Shown here in pieces: positions 54,596 to 63,999 of a DNA stretch of 64,000 nucleotides. Origin of the DNA: a virus. Below the pieces are notes generated by a model that was given only the letters and a program-made list of their open reading frames with translations, was not told where the DNA came from and did not search any database. The position numbers were made by a program, and so were the translations under genes. The stretch lies in the IMG/VR virus record IMGVR_UViG_3300028800_000083. One strand, given 5' to 3'. Numbering within the stretch: position 1 is the first letter of the stretch; the number at the start of each line of letters is the position of its first letter.

Positions 54596-55363
54596 TCACG
54601 TCGACCAGCCCTTCTGAGCGTCTAGCCAGCGCTGAATCACGGCAACGCGCGCTTCCTCGCGCGCTTTCTCTCGCGTCTCTTCGCGGACCTGTTTCTCGCC
54701 GGTCAGTTCGGCAATCGCGTCGTGCAGAAGCGTCTGGAAGATGGGGCCATGCTGCTCATAGTTTGGTGCGGCGAGGTGTGCCAACTCGTGGATGAGCGTC
54801 GCCAGATCGTCGCCAGCGTTCGCGCCGGTCGTAACAACCAGGCGCTGCAAGCCAACCCGCGCGTGACCGCTAGCGCGCTGTCGGCCACGCTGGATCATGA
54901 CCTCGTCAAGCCCCTCAAAGGCGCAAGAGCCGGGATTCGCGTGCAGGAAAGCCTCGGCGTTCTCGCGCGGGACGATCGTGCAGAGCGTGTTGCCCTGGCG
55001 GATCACGATCGTCGGCGCCCAGAGCCCGTAGCCCTGCGTGACCAGGTGCCAACGGCAGTGCTTGCAGCGCAGGGAAGCGCCGATCGGATCGGGGACGAGG
55101 CCGGCATCGCACGAGGGGCAGTAGCGCTGGCCAGCCGGATGGTTCTCGGCAAAGGCACGCCGGAGCGAGGAGAGTCGAACGATTCTCGGCACCCACGCGC
55201 GGAGCCAGTTGGCTGCGTCGGGGATCGCGCGGTTGAATGATGTCGCGAGCGCCGCGTGCATGACCTCGGTGGACGTCTGCTGGTCCTGGTGCTTCGACCA
55301 AGGACGCCGAGACCTCAGGATCCGCGCGACCACTTCGTCGACCACTTCGTCGTTATTATTCAA
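54596..55363 (-). CDS. HExxH zinc metallopeptidase (SprT/DUF45 YgjP-like)
   Basis: LIHELAHLAAPNYEQHGPIF, plus zinc ribbon CPSCD..CKHCRWH. Confidence 0.65.
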   Translation of the reverse strand: MNNNDEVVDEVVARILRSRRPWSKHQDQQTSTEVMHAALATSFNRAIPDAANWLRAWVPRIVRLSSLRRAFAENHPAGQRYCPSCDAGLVPDPIGASLRCKHCRWHLVTQGYGLWAPTIVIRQGNTLCTIVPRENAEAFLHANPGSCAFEGLDEVMIQRGRQRASGHARVGLQRLVVTTGANAGDDLATLIHELAHLAAPNYEQHGPIFQTLLHDAIAELTGEKQVREETREKAREEARVAVIQRWLDAQKGWST

Positions 55364-55406
55364 GCGTAACTCCTTGAGCAGGCGTTAACTGGATTCGTTC
55401 CGGTTG

Positions 55407-55616
55407 TTACCCGCGGCGTCTTGCGGTGAGGCACTTCAACGCGGCCATCTTCGCTGCGTACGCGATCGTCTGCATCTCGGCTTCCGTGAAACCAGGCTCG
55501 ACGGCCTCGTCAAGGCCGAGGTTGGCCACCACCTTGTCACGCTGCATGAGGTGTCCCCTGCCGCCGTCGCGTGCGTCACGTGCGTCGCGGTACCCCGACC
55601 AGTAGACGTGGATCAT
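55407..55616 (-). CDS. hypothetical small protein
   Basis: MIHVYWSGYRDARD...; 69 aa; weak. Confidence 0.25.
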   Translation of the reverse strand: MIHVYWSGYRDARDARDGGRGHLMQRDKVVANLGLDEAVEPGFTEAEMQTIAYAAKMAALKCLTARRRG

Positions 55617-55846
55617 GGTCTCCGCGTGCGGGGGCCCGGCGTCGAGGGAGGAGAAGGCGCGCGGGTTGATCGTCTTGGTCCACGCGGGGGCACGCTTCGT
55701 CTTCGTCTTCGTTTTCGTTTCACGCTTTGCGGTCACGCGCGTTCTCCTTCGTGGCTGTTGTAGATCATTCTCCGCGTCCCCATGCACTCGCGGCGAGTGC
55801 AATTTCGATCTCGTTGTGGAACGGCCCGCGTTCGGGATCGGACAGG

Positions 55847-56419
55847 TCACCGCCGCTGGCCAACCAGGCGGACTTCGTGGCGTCCATCCGACCTGCGACA
55901 TTCGCCCGTGGACGCGCACTCCACGATGACGGGGCGGTCGTCGTAGGGGTTCACGTCGTGGCCCATCCTCGCGACGACGTCGCTGATGAGTTGCTTGGTC
56001 ATCACTGTGGGGACTGGGCGCTCGAAGAGCCAGATGAGGAAGTGGCGCAGCGCGCCTGCGCGGTCCTCGTGGGTGCGCGGACCGTCGCAGCCCTCGCCGG
56101 GTCGCGCGTGGCACTTCTCGCAGGCGACGTCGCTCGGTCTGAACGGCAGGAGACCCATCACCGCGAGCGCCGCGCTCTCGCGGAGGCCGATCGCCGGGCA
56201 CCGCTCGCGGGCGCGCGCGATCAAGTCGGCGCCGTCCTTCACGTTCGCGTCGATCAGCGCGTCTATCGAGGGGTGCTCCACGGACATGATCGTCGTGCGC
56301 GTCGTCGTAGACTCCACGTAGACGACGTCGCCACGACACGAGCCGTCCGGTCGATCGTAGACGTCCATCGCCAGGAAGTGCCCGGAGAGCCCGACGGTGC
56401 CGCGCTTGGTCTCACTCAT
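55847..56419 (-). CDS. hypothetical protein
   Basis: 190 aa; CEKCH..C pattern. Confidence 0.45.
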   Translation of the reverse strand: MSETKRGTVGLSGHFLAMDVYDRPDGSCRGDVVYVESTTTRTTIMSVEHPSIDALIDANVKDGADLIARARERCPAIGLRESAALAVMGLLPFRPSDVACEKCHARPGEGCDGPRTHEDRAGALRHFLIWLFERPVPTVMTKQLISDVVARMGHDVNPYDDRPVIVECASTGECRRSDGRHEVRLVGQRR

Positions 56420-56843
56420 CGTACGCCGCCCCCAGCAGCCGCCATCGCGCGCAGGAGCCGCCGCTCGAGGATCATCAGCAAGTGCCGCGCCTGGTTGTCG
56501 GTGAGCTTGAACGGTCTGGTCATTTGACGTCCTCCTTCTGGCGCTTCACGCGCTCGACGAGGGCTCGCCGCTCTGGTTCGTGACGCTCGGCGTCGTTGGG
56601 TCTGTCGACCGTGTAGTAGTCGGTGACGACGTACACCGGGCAGCCACTGCGGTCTGCGGTCGACGTGGCGCCGGTTCGCGCCGCTGCGCCCGACGACCCC
56701 GAGCACGGCCCCCACGAGCAGGCGGAGCTTGCGCTCGTTCGTTGCGCGGATCGGCTTGAGGTCGAGCGCGTGCTTGCCGCCGAGCATGAACGCGCGCGCC
56801 CCCAACTCGACCAGGAGCTTCCAGGACCTCTCCTCGTGGACGT

Positions 56844-57665
56844 TCACGCGGCCACCGCTTCTTCGTCGACCTTCTTGGGGTAGGCGACCGGGTCGCCGTT
56901 CGCGTCGACGATCGCGAGCCGCGCGACGTCCTTGCGCAGCCGCCGGTCCAAGGCCCAGAGGTAGCGGTAGTTGCCGCGGTGACGCATGCGGCGGGCGACG
57001 CCCGGGAGCTGCGCAGTCAGCCACGCTCCGAGGTCCTGCCCGAGGTCGAGCGGGGGCACCGCGCCGTGCTCGACGAGCTTGTTGATCGCGGCCCGGTAGC
57101 CGCGGGCGCGCGCGGGGATCTTGGACAGCGTGCGATCGGAGAGCACGGTGCCGTCGGGGAGGAGCCAGATCTTCCGCGCCTGGGTTCGGCCGCCGTAGAC
57201 CGCGTTCGTGGCCTGGTAGATGTTCCCGACGTGACCGGGCAGCACCAGGGTGCCGTCGGACGCGCGGCGGGGGCACGGGTCGCTGTGGCTGACGAGCGCC
57301 TCGATACCCTTGGCGCGCAGGCGATCGAAGCAGCGCGCGAGGAACCAACTCTCGCCGTTGCCGGCCACGCTCGAGAGCAGCACGAAGCGCCCCAGCTCGA
57401 TGCCGGCCATGCGCTCGCAGGGCAGCCGTCGCAGTACAGCCTCGTTGGGTGGGTGCGAGAACACCGCGACGCCGACGAGCAGCGCTCCCTGGTAGAGGCC
57501 GAAGCGCGCGCGGGCGGCGGGGTAGCTGCCGCTGTAGTGGTGCTCCTCGACGAAGGTCCTGGGCGTGGTGTCGTCGAGCAGCTCGACGACCTCGTGGGCC
57601 CGCGTGTCGATGATCTCGCTCGGGTCGCGCCAGGTGCCGAGGCGCTGGTACCAGCGCTGGTTCAC
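56844..57665 (-). CDS. hypothetical protein
   Basis: GTG at 57665 (VNQRWYQRLGTW...EHHYSGSYPAA...LVGVAVFSHPP); the upstream Arg-rich extension is rejected. Confidence 0.45.
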   Translation of the reverse strand: MNQRWYQRLGTWRDPSEIIDTRAHEVVELLDDTTPRTFVEEHHYSGSYPAARARFGLYQGALLVGVAVFSHPPNEAVLRRLPCERMAGIELGRFVLLSSVAGNGESWFLARCFDRLRAKGIEALVSHSDPCPRRASDGTLVLPGHVGNIYQATNAVYGGRTQARKIWLLPDGTVLSDRTLSKIPARARGYRAAINKLVEHGAVPPLDLGQDLGAWLTAQLPGVARRMRHRGNYRYLWALDRRLRKDVARLAIVDANGDPVAYPKKVDEEAVAA

Positions 57666-58129
57666 GGGGTGTCTCTCTCGACGGTGGCGGCGAGTTGTTG
57701 CTTCAACCACTGGAGGCGCTGGCCGACCTGCATCTTGGCGAGCGGTTCGTGGAACGTCGCTTGGTGGAATCCCGCGCTCCGGATCGGCTGCGCGTAGTCT
57801 TTCCCGGCGTAGACGTGGATCTGACGATCTACGCCCTGGTGACGGTTCACGATTGAACCCCACACGCGGAGACCCCAGATCACGCGCCATTCCTTGGCGA
57901 TGTTGCCCATCGTGAGGTCGTACGGCGCGACCACCTGGTCGAGAGCTACCAACTCGTGCTTGGCGCTGATGACGTAGACGACGTCGTGACGGCGCTCCGC
58001 GAGCTCCAGCGTCGATCGAAACAGCTGCGACGTGTAGAACTGCCGCGCGGGCGCGGGGTGCTTGAGCTTGGGCCCCGAGCAGCCCACGAGCGCGATGGAG
58101 ACGGAGGTCACGACGGCCCTCGCTTGCAT
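57662..58129 (-). CDS. hypothetical protein
   Basis: 155 aa; GTGA overlap with the downstream gene. Confidence 0.4.
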   Translation of the reverse strand: MQARAVVTSVSIALVGCSGPKLKHPAPARQFYTSQLFRSTLELAERRHDVVYVISAKHELVALDQVVAPYDLTMGNIAKEWRVIWGLRVWGSIVNRHQGVDRQIHVYAGKDYAQPIRSAGFHQATFHEPLAKMQVGQRLQWLKQQLAATVERDTP

Positions 58130-58716
58130 GCACTTGCCGCGGTTGGCAGCGGCAGCATCAACTCGTTGGCGTCATAGACGCAGCCATGCGCCTTGGTCAT
58201 GGCCTCTCGGATCTTGGGGACCGCCCCGGTGCCTGACGCCTTGTCGACGTCCTCGACCCAGGTCACCACGAGGATCGTGTGGGGAGCGTAGCGGGGGTGC
58301 GTTGACGGGTAGACGGGGGCCATGCAGATCGTCATCAGCGCTTTGGCGTGCAATGCGAGGTGGGGACGGATCTCGGAGGAGCGGAGGGTGGATCGGACGA
58401 CCCGCTCTACGTAGTGCTCGATCTCTACGACCGGGACGGTCGGCTCGCTGACCCGCGCGCAACAGATCGCCAGTTCCAGGAATGACTCGGCTGCCCAGGC
58501 GGCCGTGGAGGTGAAGCCCTTGTCGGCCTTCGCCAAGAGGACGATCGCGTTGCCGCGCGCTGCGGCGAAGGCCGTGACGCTGCGGAGAATGCCCGCGCGA
58601 TCCGCGCGAGGGTTCGCTACTGACACCGCGGCTAGCTCCAAGGGGCACGCCTTGGCGAATGGGCAGACGCTCTTGCCCGCTTGAAGGTATTTTTTGACGG
58701 CAGCCGCTCTGTCCAT
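58108..58716 (-). CDS. hypothetical protein
   Basis: ATG at 58716 (MDRAAAVKKYLQAGKSVCPFAKACP). Confidence 0.4.
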   Translation of the reverse strand: MDRAAAVKKYLQAGKSVCPFAKACPLELAAVSVANPRADRAGILRSVTAFAAARGNAIVLLAKADKGFTSTAAWAAESFLELAICCARVSEPTVPVVEIEHYVERVVRSTLRSSEIRPHLALHAKALMTICMAPVYPSTHPRYAPHTILVVTWVEDVDKASGTGAVPKIREAMTKAHGCVYDANELMLPLPTAASACKRGPS

Positions 58717-59144
58717 CACAGCCTCCGCCGCAGGCCCCTGGCCAACTTCTTGTACGCGGGCAACTCGCGCCCGCACCAGTTGATCATGATGTCATCGATC
58801 GCGTCGGCACCGTCTGCTGTCTCGATGTAGCGGGCGCCCTCGTCGAAGCGCACCACGTGCACGGCCTTGTTGCTCCGGTCGAACTGCGTCGCGGTGGCGT
58901 CGACGATCAGCGCGCCGACGCGGCACCAGGCGTGTCGGTTCGGGAAGCGCCCGCGCTTGCCGAGGAACAACTCGTGCTTCATGTAGAAGCCGGTGCGCAG
59001 GGCGCGGGGGTCGTCGATCGCGGTGGCCACGCGCATCGCGGCGAGGCCGCACTCGCCCGCGAGGTTGCGCGGCGTCTTGGCGTCGCGCAGCAGCTCGGCG
59101 CGGACGTCGCGCGCAACGAGGGTCGTCCGCTCGACCAGGGTCAC
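58716..59144 (-). CDS. hypothetical protein
   Basis: 142 aa. Confidence 0.4.
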   Translation of the reverse strand: MTLVERTTLVARDVRAELLRDAKTPRNLAGECGLAAMRVATAIDDPRALRTGFYMKHELFLGKRGRFPNRHAWCRVGALIVDATATQFDRSNKAVHVVRFDEGARYIETADGADAIDDIMINWCGRELPAYKKLARGLRRRL

Positions 59145-59587
59145 GTTTCACCGCCATTGTCAGTGCCATAGACGGCCCCTTGACGACCGATCTCTTGCGC
59201 CGCGCGTTCCCCCGCCGATGTCCGTCGGTACTCCCAGGCGGAGCGTGTGTGACCCCCGCGCGCCCGGCGCTCGGCCAAACCTTTGCGGACGAGCTGCGCC
59301 AGCGTCGCGCTGTGGTGCGACCCGTCGGTGCCGCCGAGGAAGCGAGGCGTGCACCAGAAATCGTCGGACAGCTGGTGGTACAGCAGGTCACGCTGCCTGG
59401 GAGTCAGCGTGCGCGCGTTGAGGATCTCGGCGATTCGTGCGCGGGCCTCCGCACGCGCCCGCTTCGTGTTACCGAGCGCGAAGCCGCATGTGTTTAGCAA
59501 CGTGACGTCGCCGTCGTCGGCGCGGCGGCCCGCTTCCGCGAACAGGTCCTTGATCTGCTCGTCGGTGATCGTGGCGGCGGTCAGCAT
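59141..59587 (-). CDS. hypothetical protein
   Basis: ATG at 59587 (MLTAATITDEQIKDLF). Confidence 0.4.
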   Translation of the reverse strand: MLTAATITDEQIKDLFAEAGRRADDGDVTLLNTCGFALGNTKRARAEARARIAEILNARTLTPRQRDLLYHQLSDDFWCTPRFLGGTDGSHHSATLAQLVRKGLAERRARGGHTRSAWEYRRTSAGERAAQEIGRQGAVYGTDNGGET

Positions 59588-59805
59588 CGAGGCTCCTTCG
59601 TTTCGATCCCGAGCGTGCGGCGGAAGCAGCTCAGGTGCCACGGGCGGTACGCGGTGCCGCTCTCATCCGCGTGCTCCATCGAGACGCCGCAGTCGTCGGC
59701 CTCGATGGGCTGGGAGCACGCGAGGCAGTGCTCACCGACGGGGACGGGCACCTCCGCGATCTCACGGAGGCGCGGACGCCACGTGCCGTTCGTGAAGAAC
59801 CGCAT
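59581..59805 (-). CDS. hypothetical small Cys-rich protein
   Basis: MRFFTNGTWRPRL...CLACSQP; 74 aa. Confidence 0.3.
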   Translation of the reverse strand: MRFFTNGTWRPRLREIAEVPVPVGEHCLACSQPIEADDCGVSMEHADESGTAYRPWHLSCFRRTLGIETKEPRC

Positions 59806-60056
59806 CACGGGAGCACCAGGGGACTGGGGTTGTTGGGATTCGGCGCGGGGAGCGCAGGGCCGCAGGCGGGGATCTGGTTGCCTGCGAAGCGGTCCGGGTA
59901 CACCGGGCGGTATGCCCGTTCCATGGTCGCGAGTACGAAGTGTGCGGCTTCGGCGTCCGCTCGTTGCTCGAAGGCGACGCCGACGATCGTCGCGTTGCAC
60001 GCGCAGGCGGCGTTCCACAGACCGTCCTCGCGCTGGTGCCAGACGAGGCGCATCAC
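59805..60056 (-). CDS. hypothetical small protein
   Basis: 83 aa. Confidence 0.35.
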   Translation of the reverse strand: MMRLVWHQREDGLWNAACACNATIVGVAFEQRADAEAAHFVLATMERAYRPVYPDRFAGNQIPACGPALPAPNPNNPSPLVLP

Positions 60057-60451
60057 TTCGTCTCCGGGCGTGCGCGTATTTTGCGGTAGCTCCAGACGAT
60101 CGCGTTAGCCATGCCGATAGAGGTGCGCACGCCATTGTCGTGCGCGTAGACCGTGTATCCGTCGCGCGGCGGCGGGCGCGGACCGTATTCTTCCTCTGCA
60201 AGCCACTCCAATAGCGCGGTTCGCAGTTGGCGCTTGGTCGAGAGGACGCCGCTGATCGGCTCGCCCCCAGGCAGTCGCTTGATCCGCCATCGCCCGGGAC
60301 CGGCGATGCCGCTGAGAGGCTCGATGCGCACGAACCCGCGTGATCCACGCGCCGCTCCCCGCGCTTCGGGCGGCGGCGACGTCACGCCGTACGGCCCCGC
60401 CTCGTACGTGAAGCGGTTCAGGGCGGCGCAGGCGTCCGTGATGTCCTTCAT
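60053..60451 (-). CDS. hypothetical protein
   Basis: ATG at 60451 (MKDITDACAALNRF); the upstream Arg-rich extension is rejected. Confidence 0.4.
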   Translation of the reverse strand: MKDITDACAALNRFTYEAGPYGVTSPPPEARGAARGSRGFVRIEPLSGIAGPGRWRIKRLPGGEPISGVLSTKRQLRTALLEWLAEEEYGPRPPPRDGYTVYAHDNGVRTSIGMANAIVWSYRKIRARPETK

Positions 60452-60459
60452 CGTGAGTG

Positions 60460-60972
60460 TCACGGCGTAGCAACCTCGCCGCCTGGCTGGCGCCCCTCGG
60501 CCGCGAGCGCCTTGTCGGTCGCGTCCGTGAGCGCGTCGTACACCTCGCGCCACGCGGCGTGCGCGGTGAGGACTTCGTCGTCGGACACGAGCCCTTCCCC
60601 GGGCTGCGGTTCGCCGTCGAGGTCGCGCCAGCGGCGCAGCAGGTCGACCAGTTCGTCGCGCGTTGGCGGCTCGGGCGGAGGCGGGGTCTCGGACGGGGGG
60701 ACGTGCCGTGCGTTCGTCCTTCTGAGCTGATGACACGCGCAGCGGCAGTCGGCGATCACACAGTAGGCGTTCAGCTCCACGCCCGCTGCCGCGTCGAGCA
60801 AGGTCGCTGGCCCCTTACCGGCGCAGGCGCTGCACGGGCTCGGGCAGCGGCGGCAGGGGATGTACCGGTTGAGGGCCGGGAACCACACGCGATGGCTGTC
60901 ACCGCAGGTCACGCAACGGGGGCTCACGATTTGGGCTCCTCGCGGGTCAGCGGACATCGGCCCCGGTACCAT
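60460..60972 (-). CDS. hypothetical Cys-rich protein
   Basis: 170 aa; N-terminal cluster of 11 Cys. Confidence 0.4.
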   Translation of the reverse strand: MVPGPMSADPRGAQIVSPRCVTCGDSHRVWFPALNRYIPCRRCPSPCSACAGKGPATLLDAAAGVELNAYCVIADCRCACHQLRRTNARHVPPSETPPPPEPPTRDELVDLLRRWRDLDGEPQPGEGLVSDDEVLTAHAAWREVYDALTDATDKALAAEGRQPGGEVATP

Positions 60973-61172
60973 GGGTGTCCGGATAACGCGCGGGTGTAGA
61001 GGACCTCAGGATCCAGTGTTTGATCGACCGTGGGCTGCTGCACCCAGTAGCCGTCGAAGTCGCTGCGGCTGGAGTTGACGACCTTCCGTGCGCGCTCCTT
61101 GTTGGGGGCGATCACGAGACCCTGGCGCGATCCGTCGAGGTTCCCGACCCACATCTTGAGCTTCACGGGCAT
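60924..61172 (-). CDS. hypothetical small protein
   Basis: 82 aa. Confidence 0.3.
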   Translation of the reverse strand: MPVKLKMWVGNLDGSRQGLVIAPNKERARKVVNSSRSDFDGYWVQQPTVDQTLDPEVLYTRALSGHPWYRGRCPLTREEPKS

Positions 61173-61438
61173 CGCGGTTTCTCCGTGCCGTCAGGCCAGA
61201 TGCTTCCGAGCACAGCTTCGTACGACGTCCTGACTTCATAGCTCCAGCGACGCTTCGTCGGGAACCACTCCGCGGTGACGATGCGCTGCTCGCCGTCCTT
61301 GTCCTTGAAGACGGAGACCACGTGCAGGAGCGCGTCCACCTGCTTGACGCGACCGCCGCCAGCGCCGTGCCGCGTGGCGTGGCGGAGCGTGGTGCCGACC
61401 TTCGGCGGCCACCATGTGGGCGTCTCGCTGCGCTTCAC
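61163..61438 (-). CDS. hypothetical small protein
   Basis: 91 aa. Confidence 0.35.
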   Translation of the reverse strand: MKRSETPTWWPPKVGTTLRHATRHGAGGGRVKQVDALLHVVSVFKDKDGEQRIVTAEWFPTKRRWSYEVRTSYEAVLGSIWPDGTEKPRCP

Positions 61439-62430
61439 GGCGTCACCTCGTAGTCCGACACGACGAAGCCTTCCTCCTCGGAGCCCGCGAGCGTCGGCCC
61501 CCAGTACCAGACGTCCTTGTAGCGCCCGAACAGCCCTTTGCCGGCACGGTAGTCCTTCATGTGCCCGCGCTTTCGGTGGCGCCGCGGCGTCGAGCCGTCA
61601 CCGGGTAGCCCCTCGGACGCGATCGTGCGGGGCGTCTTGTCGAGGTCGACGCGCACCGTGTGGTACGACACGAGCGGCTTCTTGCCACTCTTCACGCGGG
61701 ACTTCTGAAAAGCGTCCGGTGCCCGGTGCTCGATCGTGTCGATGTTGGCGCAGTTCATCATCGCGAGCGTCGTCCAGCCGACGAGTGACGCAGCGCCGAC
61801 CTGCACCGACTCGTCCTGGGACAGGATCGATCCGTGGCTCATCCAGAAGTTCAGAAGCGTGCCGTCAGCGGCGACGGAGATCGTGCCGACATGGTAGGGA
61901 CCGCGCAGCCCCGAGATGTGCGCGCCGTCGTTCTTGTGGGCGAACTCCAGGAAGTCCAGCGTCAGGTAGATCCACCGGCAGCGAACGTCGCGCGAGAACT
62001 CGACGATCTTTGTCGGGGTCGCCTGCGCGCCGTCGCCGATGATCGTTCTCGCGATCTCCTCTGCCTGTGCGGGCGCGCAGGCCACGAACAGCATGCCCAT
62101 CCGCTTGGCGGTCGGGAGGCGGGGATGGTCCCACTCGACGAAGAACTTCGTGTGCGGGGGCACGAGGCACTTGAGGTCGCTCCAGAAAGCGGCGTGGGCC
62201 TCCTTGGCGCTCTTGCTGGAGCCGTCGCCGCTCAGGTAGTTGGCGTCGAAGAAGCGCGCGACGTTCGTCGCTTCGACGCACACCGCCCCGCCGAGGATCT
62301 GGCGCATCCCCGCGTTGTGCTGGAACACCATCTCCTGGTCCAGCGCGACGTCCGTGGCCGGCAGTGGCGGCACGATGATGCCGGACAAGAGCGCGTCGAG
62401 CAGGCGCGCGCGGACAGGCTGCTTGCTCAT
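61435..62430 (-). CDS. hypothetical protein
   Basis: ATG at 62430 (MSKQPVRARLLDALLSG); ~331 aa. Confidence 0.5.
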   Translation of the reverse strand: MSKQPVRARLLDALLSGIIVPPLPATDVALDQEMVFQHNAGMRQILGGAVCVEATNVARFFDANYLSGDGSSKSAKEAHAAFWSDLKCLVPPHTKFFVEWDHPRLPTAKRMGMLFVACAPAQAEEIARTIIGDGAQATPTKIVEFSRDVRCRWIYLTLDFLEFAHKNDGAHISGLRGPYHVGTISVAADGTLLNFWMSHGSILSQDESVQVGAASLVGWTTLAMMNCANIDTIEHRAPDAFQKSRVKSGKKPLVSYHTVRVDLDKTPRTIASEGLPGDGSTPRRHRKRGHMKDYRAGKGLFGRYKDVWYWGPTLAGSEEEGFVVSDYEVTP

Positions 62431-62584
62431 GGGCGCCTCGGGTCGCCGATCAGCAGCTTCGCCATGCACGTGAAGCAGACCCACAGGCCGCCGCCGAGGT
62501 AGTGGGCGCGCTGGGATCGATCTCCGTGGCCGCAGAGCTGCGCGCCGGGGTCGAACGTTTCGACCTTTGGTGACGGCGACGTGC

Positions 62585-62902
62585 TCATTCGGAGGGCTCC
62601 GGTTGAGGTTGAGGCTTACGCTGGAGCCACCAGCCCCACTGCTCGTGCTGCTTGCCGTCCGCTTCCCACGCCTCGCGTTGGGGCGCTCCGAGGAGTTCCC
62701 AGCCGTCCGCCAGCATCTCCAGGAGGCAGGTGTAGCGAGGGATGTTCTTGGGCGCAGGTGTGTAGCCGATGAAGATCTTCCCTGCGTACTCGTCCCCGGG
62801 GCGCGACTTCTTCACGAGCAAGCTCGCGTCCTCGAACGTCCAGCCGTCGATCTCGCTCCGCAGTGACGGGCTGACTGTGCAGACGCTCGCGACCTGTATC
62901 AC
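62585..62902 (-). CDS. hypothetical protein
   Basis: GTG at 62902 in a GTGA overlap; the upstream His/Arg-rich extension is rejected. Confidence 0.3.
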   Translation of the reverse strand: MIQVASVCTVSPSLRSEIDGWTFEDASLLVKKSRPGDEYAGKIFIGYTPAPKNIPRYTCLLEMLADGWELLGAPQREAWEADGKQHEQWGWWLQRKPQPQPEPSE

Positions 62903-63297
62903 GTGGTCTCCTGGTCGTGAGGGGATTCCGACCCCGGCAGCTTCATGCACTCTTTGTGCTGGCGCTCGATCGCGCGCATCGTCTCGCGCAGCCACGAGCG
63001 GATCGTGCGGATGAGCGCGTGGTCGTGCGTGTGGTATTCGAGCTGCTCGGCGACCTTGGTGGTGATGTTGAGGTCCGTGTGGGATACCGGGTAGAAGCTC
63101 GGCCACTCGGTGCCGCGGGCCGTGTTGAACAGACCGTTGATCACGCCGTGGTCCCCCAGTGCACGGCACCGGGCGTCGTAGTGATGCTTGCTGGCTTCCT
63201 TGAGCAGCTGCGCCCACGCGATCGGGATCGACACGTTCAGGCGCACTTCGTACGTGAAGCTGTCCTGGACCGGGGCGGTGGGATCTTGCGACGTCAC
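62899..63297 (-). CDS. hypothetical protein
   Basis: GTG at 63297 in a GTGA overlap; 132 aa. Confidence 0.35.
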   Translation of the reverse strand: MTSQDPTAPVQDSFTYEVRLNVSIPIAWAQLLKEASKHHYDARCRALGDHGVINGLFNTARGTEWPSFYPVSHTDLNITTKVAEQLEYHTHDHALIRTIRSWLRETMRAIERQHKECMKLPGSESPHDQETT

Positions 63298-63515
63298 GAC
63301 GACGCCTCCTCGGAGGTCATGGGCTTGGTCTCCTGTCGGCCCAGCGTCATCAAACGAACGTGGTCGTAGCCGGACGCAGCGTCCGTGCAACCCCGCCGCG
63401 CGGCGCCACGGGCCATCGTCGAGAGCAGGGAGGGCGGCGCGCCTGCCGCGAGCAGCGCCAGCGCGTGCTCGACCGCTGCGAAGAAGTGATCCGGGTGGGC
63501 AGACCGGGTGTTCAT
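63294..63515 (-). CDS. hypothetical small protein
   Basis: ATG at 63515 (MNTRSAHPDHFFAAVEHAL). Confidence 0.3.
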   Translation of the reverse strand: MNTRSAHPDHFFAAVEHALALLAAGAPPSLLSTMARGAARRGCTDAASGYDHVRLMTLGRQETKPMTSEEASS

Positions 63516-63733
63516 TGGAGGGGGAGTCCCTTCCGAGCGCAGACGTCCTGGACGAAGGGGAGGGGCAGCTCGGCGATCGTCGCGATCCGGTCGGCGGTGC
63601 ACACGGCCTCGCCCTCGTGGTAGGCGACGGTGCGCCATGCGCGCGCGACGGCGGCCTCTCGCGCGAGGATCCTCGCGGCTTCGTTCGCCGAGCTGTCGCC
63701 GGTCTCCTGCGCGACCTGGTTGATCGACTTCAC
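63512..63733 (-). CDS. hypothetical small protein
   Basis: GTG at 63733 preceded by GAGGAGG; 73 aa. Confidence 0.35.
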   Translation of the reverse strand: MKSINQVAQETGDSSANEAARILAREAAVARAWRTVAYHEGEAVCTADRIATIAELPLPFVQDVCARKGLPLQ

Positions 63734-63999
63734 GAGTACGCCTCCTCGGAGACGATCTCGGCGTCGACGGCGTCGTCCACCGGGCTCCACCAGGTCGGCG
63801 CCTTGACCAAGGCGGTGCCGGCCGAGCGGGCCTGCGTCGGGCGGGTCTGCGTCGGGGCGGGGGCGCGGGTCGTCGTGCTGCGGGGCGTGCGACGCCGCGC
63901 GCGGGTCGCGGCGCGGCGGGCGTCCGCCTCGCGGCGACGGCACGCGGCGTCGCGGGCGAGCGCGATCGTCGCCCCGTTGCTGACCGCGTTGATGAGGAT
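63730..63999 (-). CDS. hypothetical protein, C-terminal part (5' end outside window)
   Basis: Open frame to the window edge ending ..VDDAVDAEIVSEEAYS; its stop overlaps the next GTG. Confidence 0.3.
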   Translation of the reverse strand: MLINAVSNGATIALARDAACRRREADARRAATRARRRTPRSTTTRAPAPTQTRPTQARSAGTALVKAPTWWSPVDDAVDAEIVSEEAYS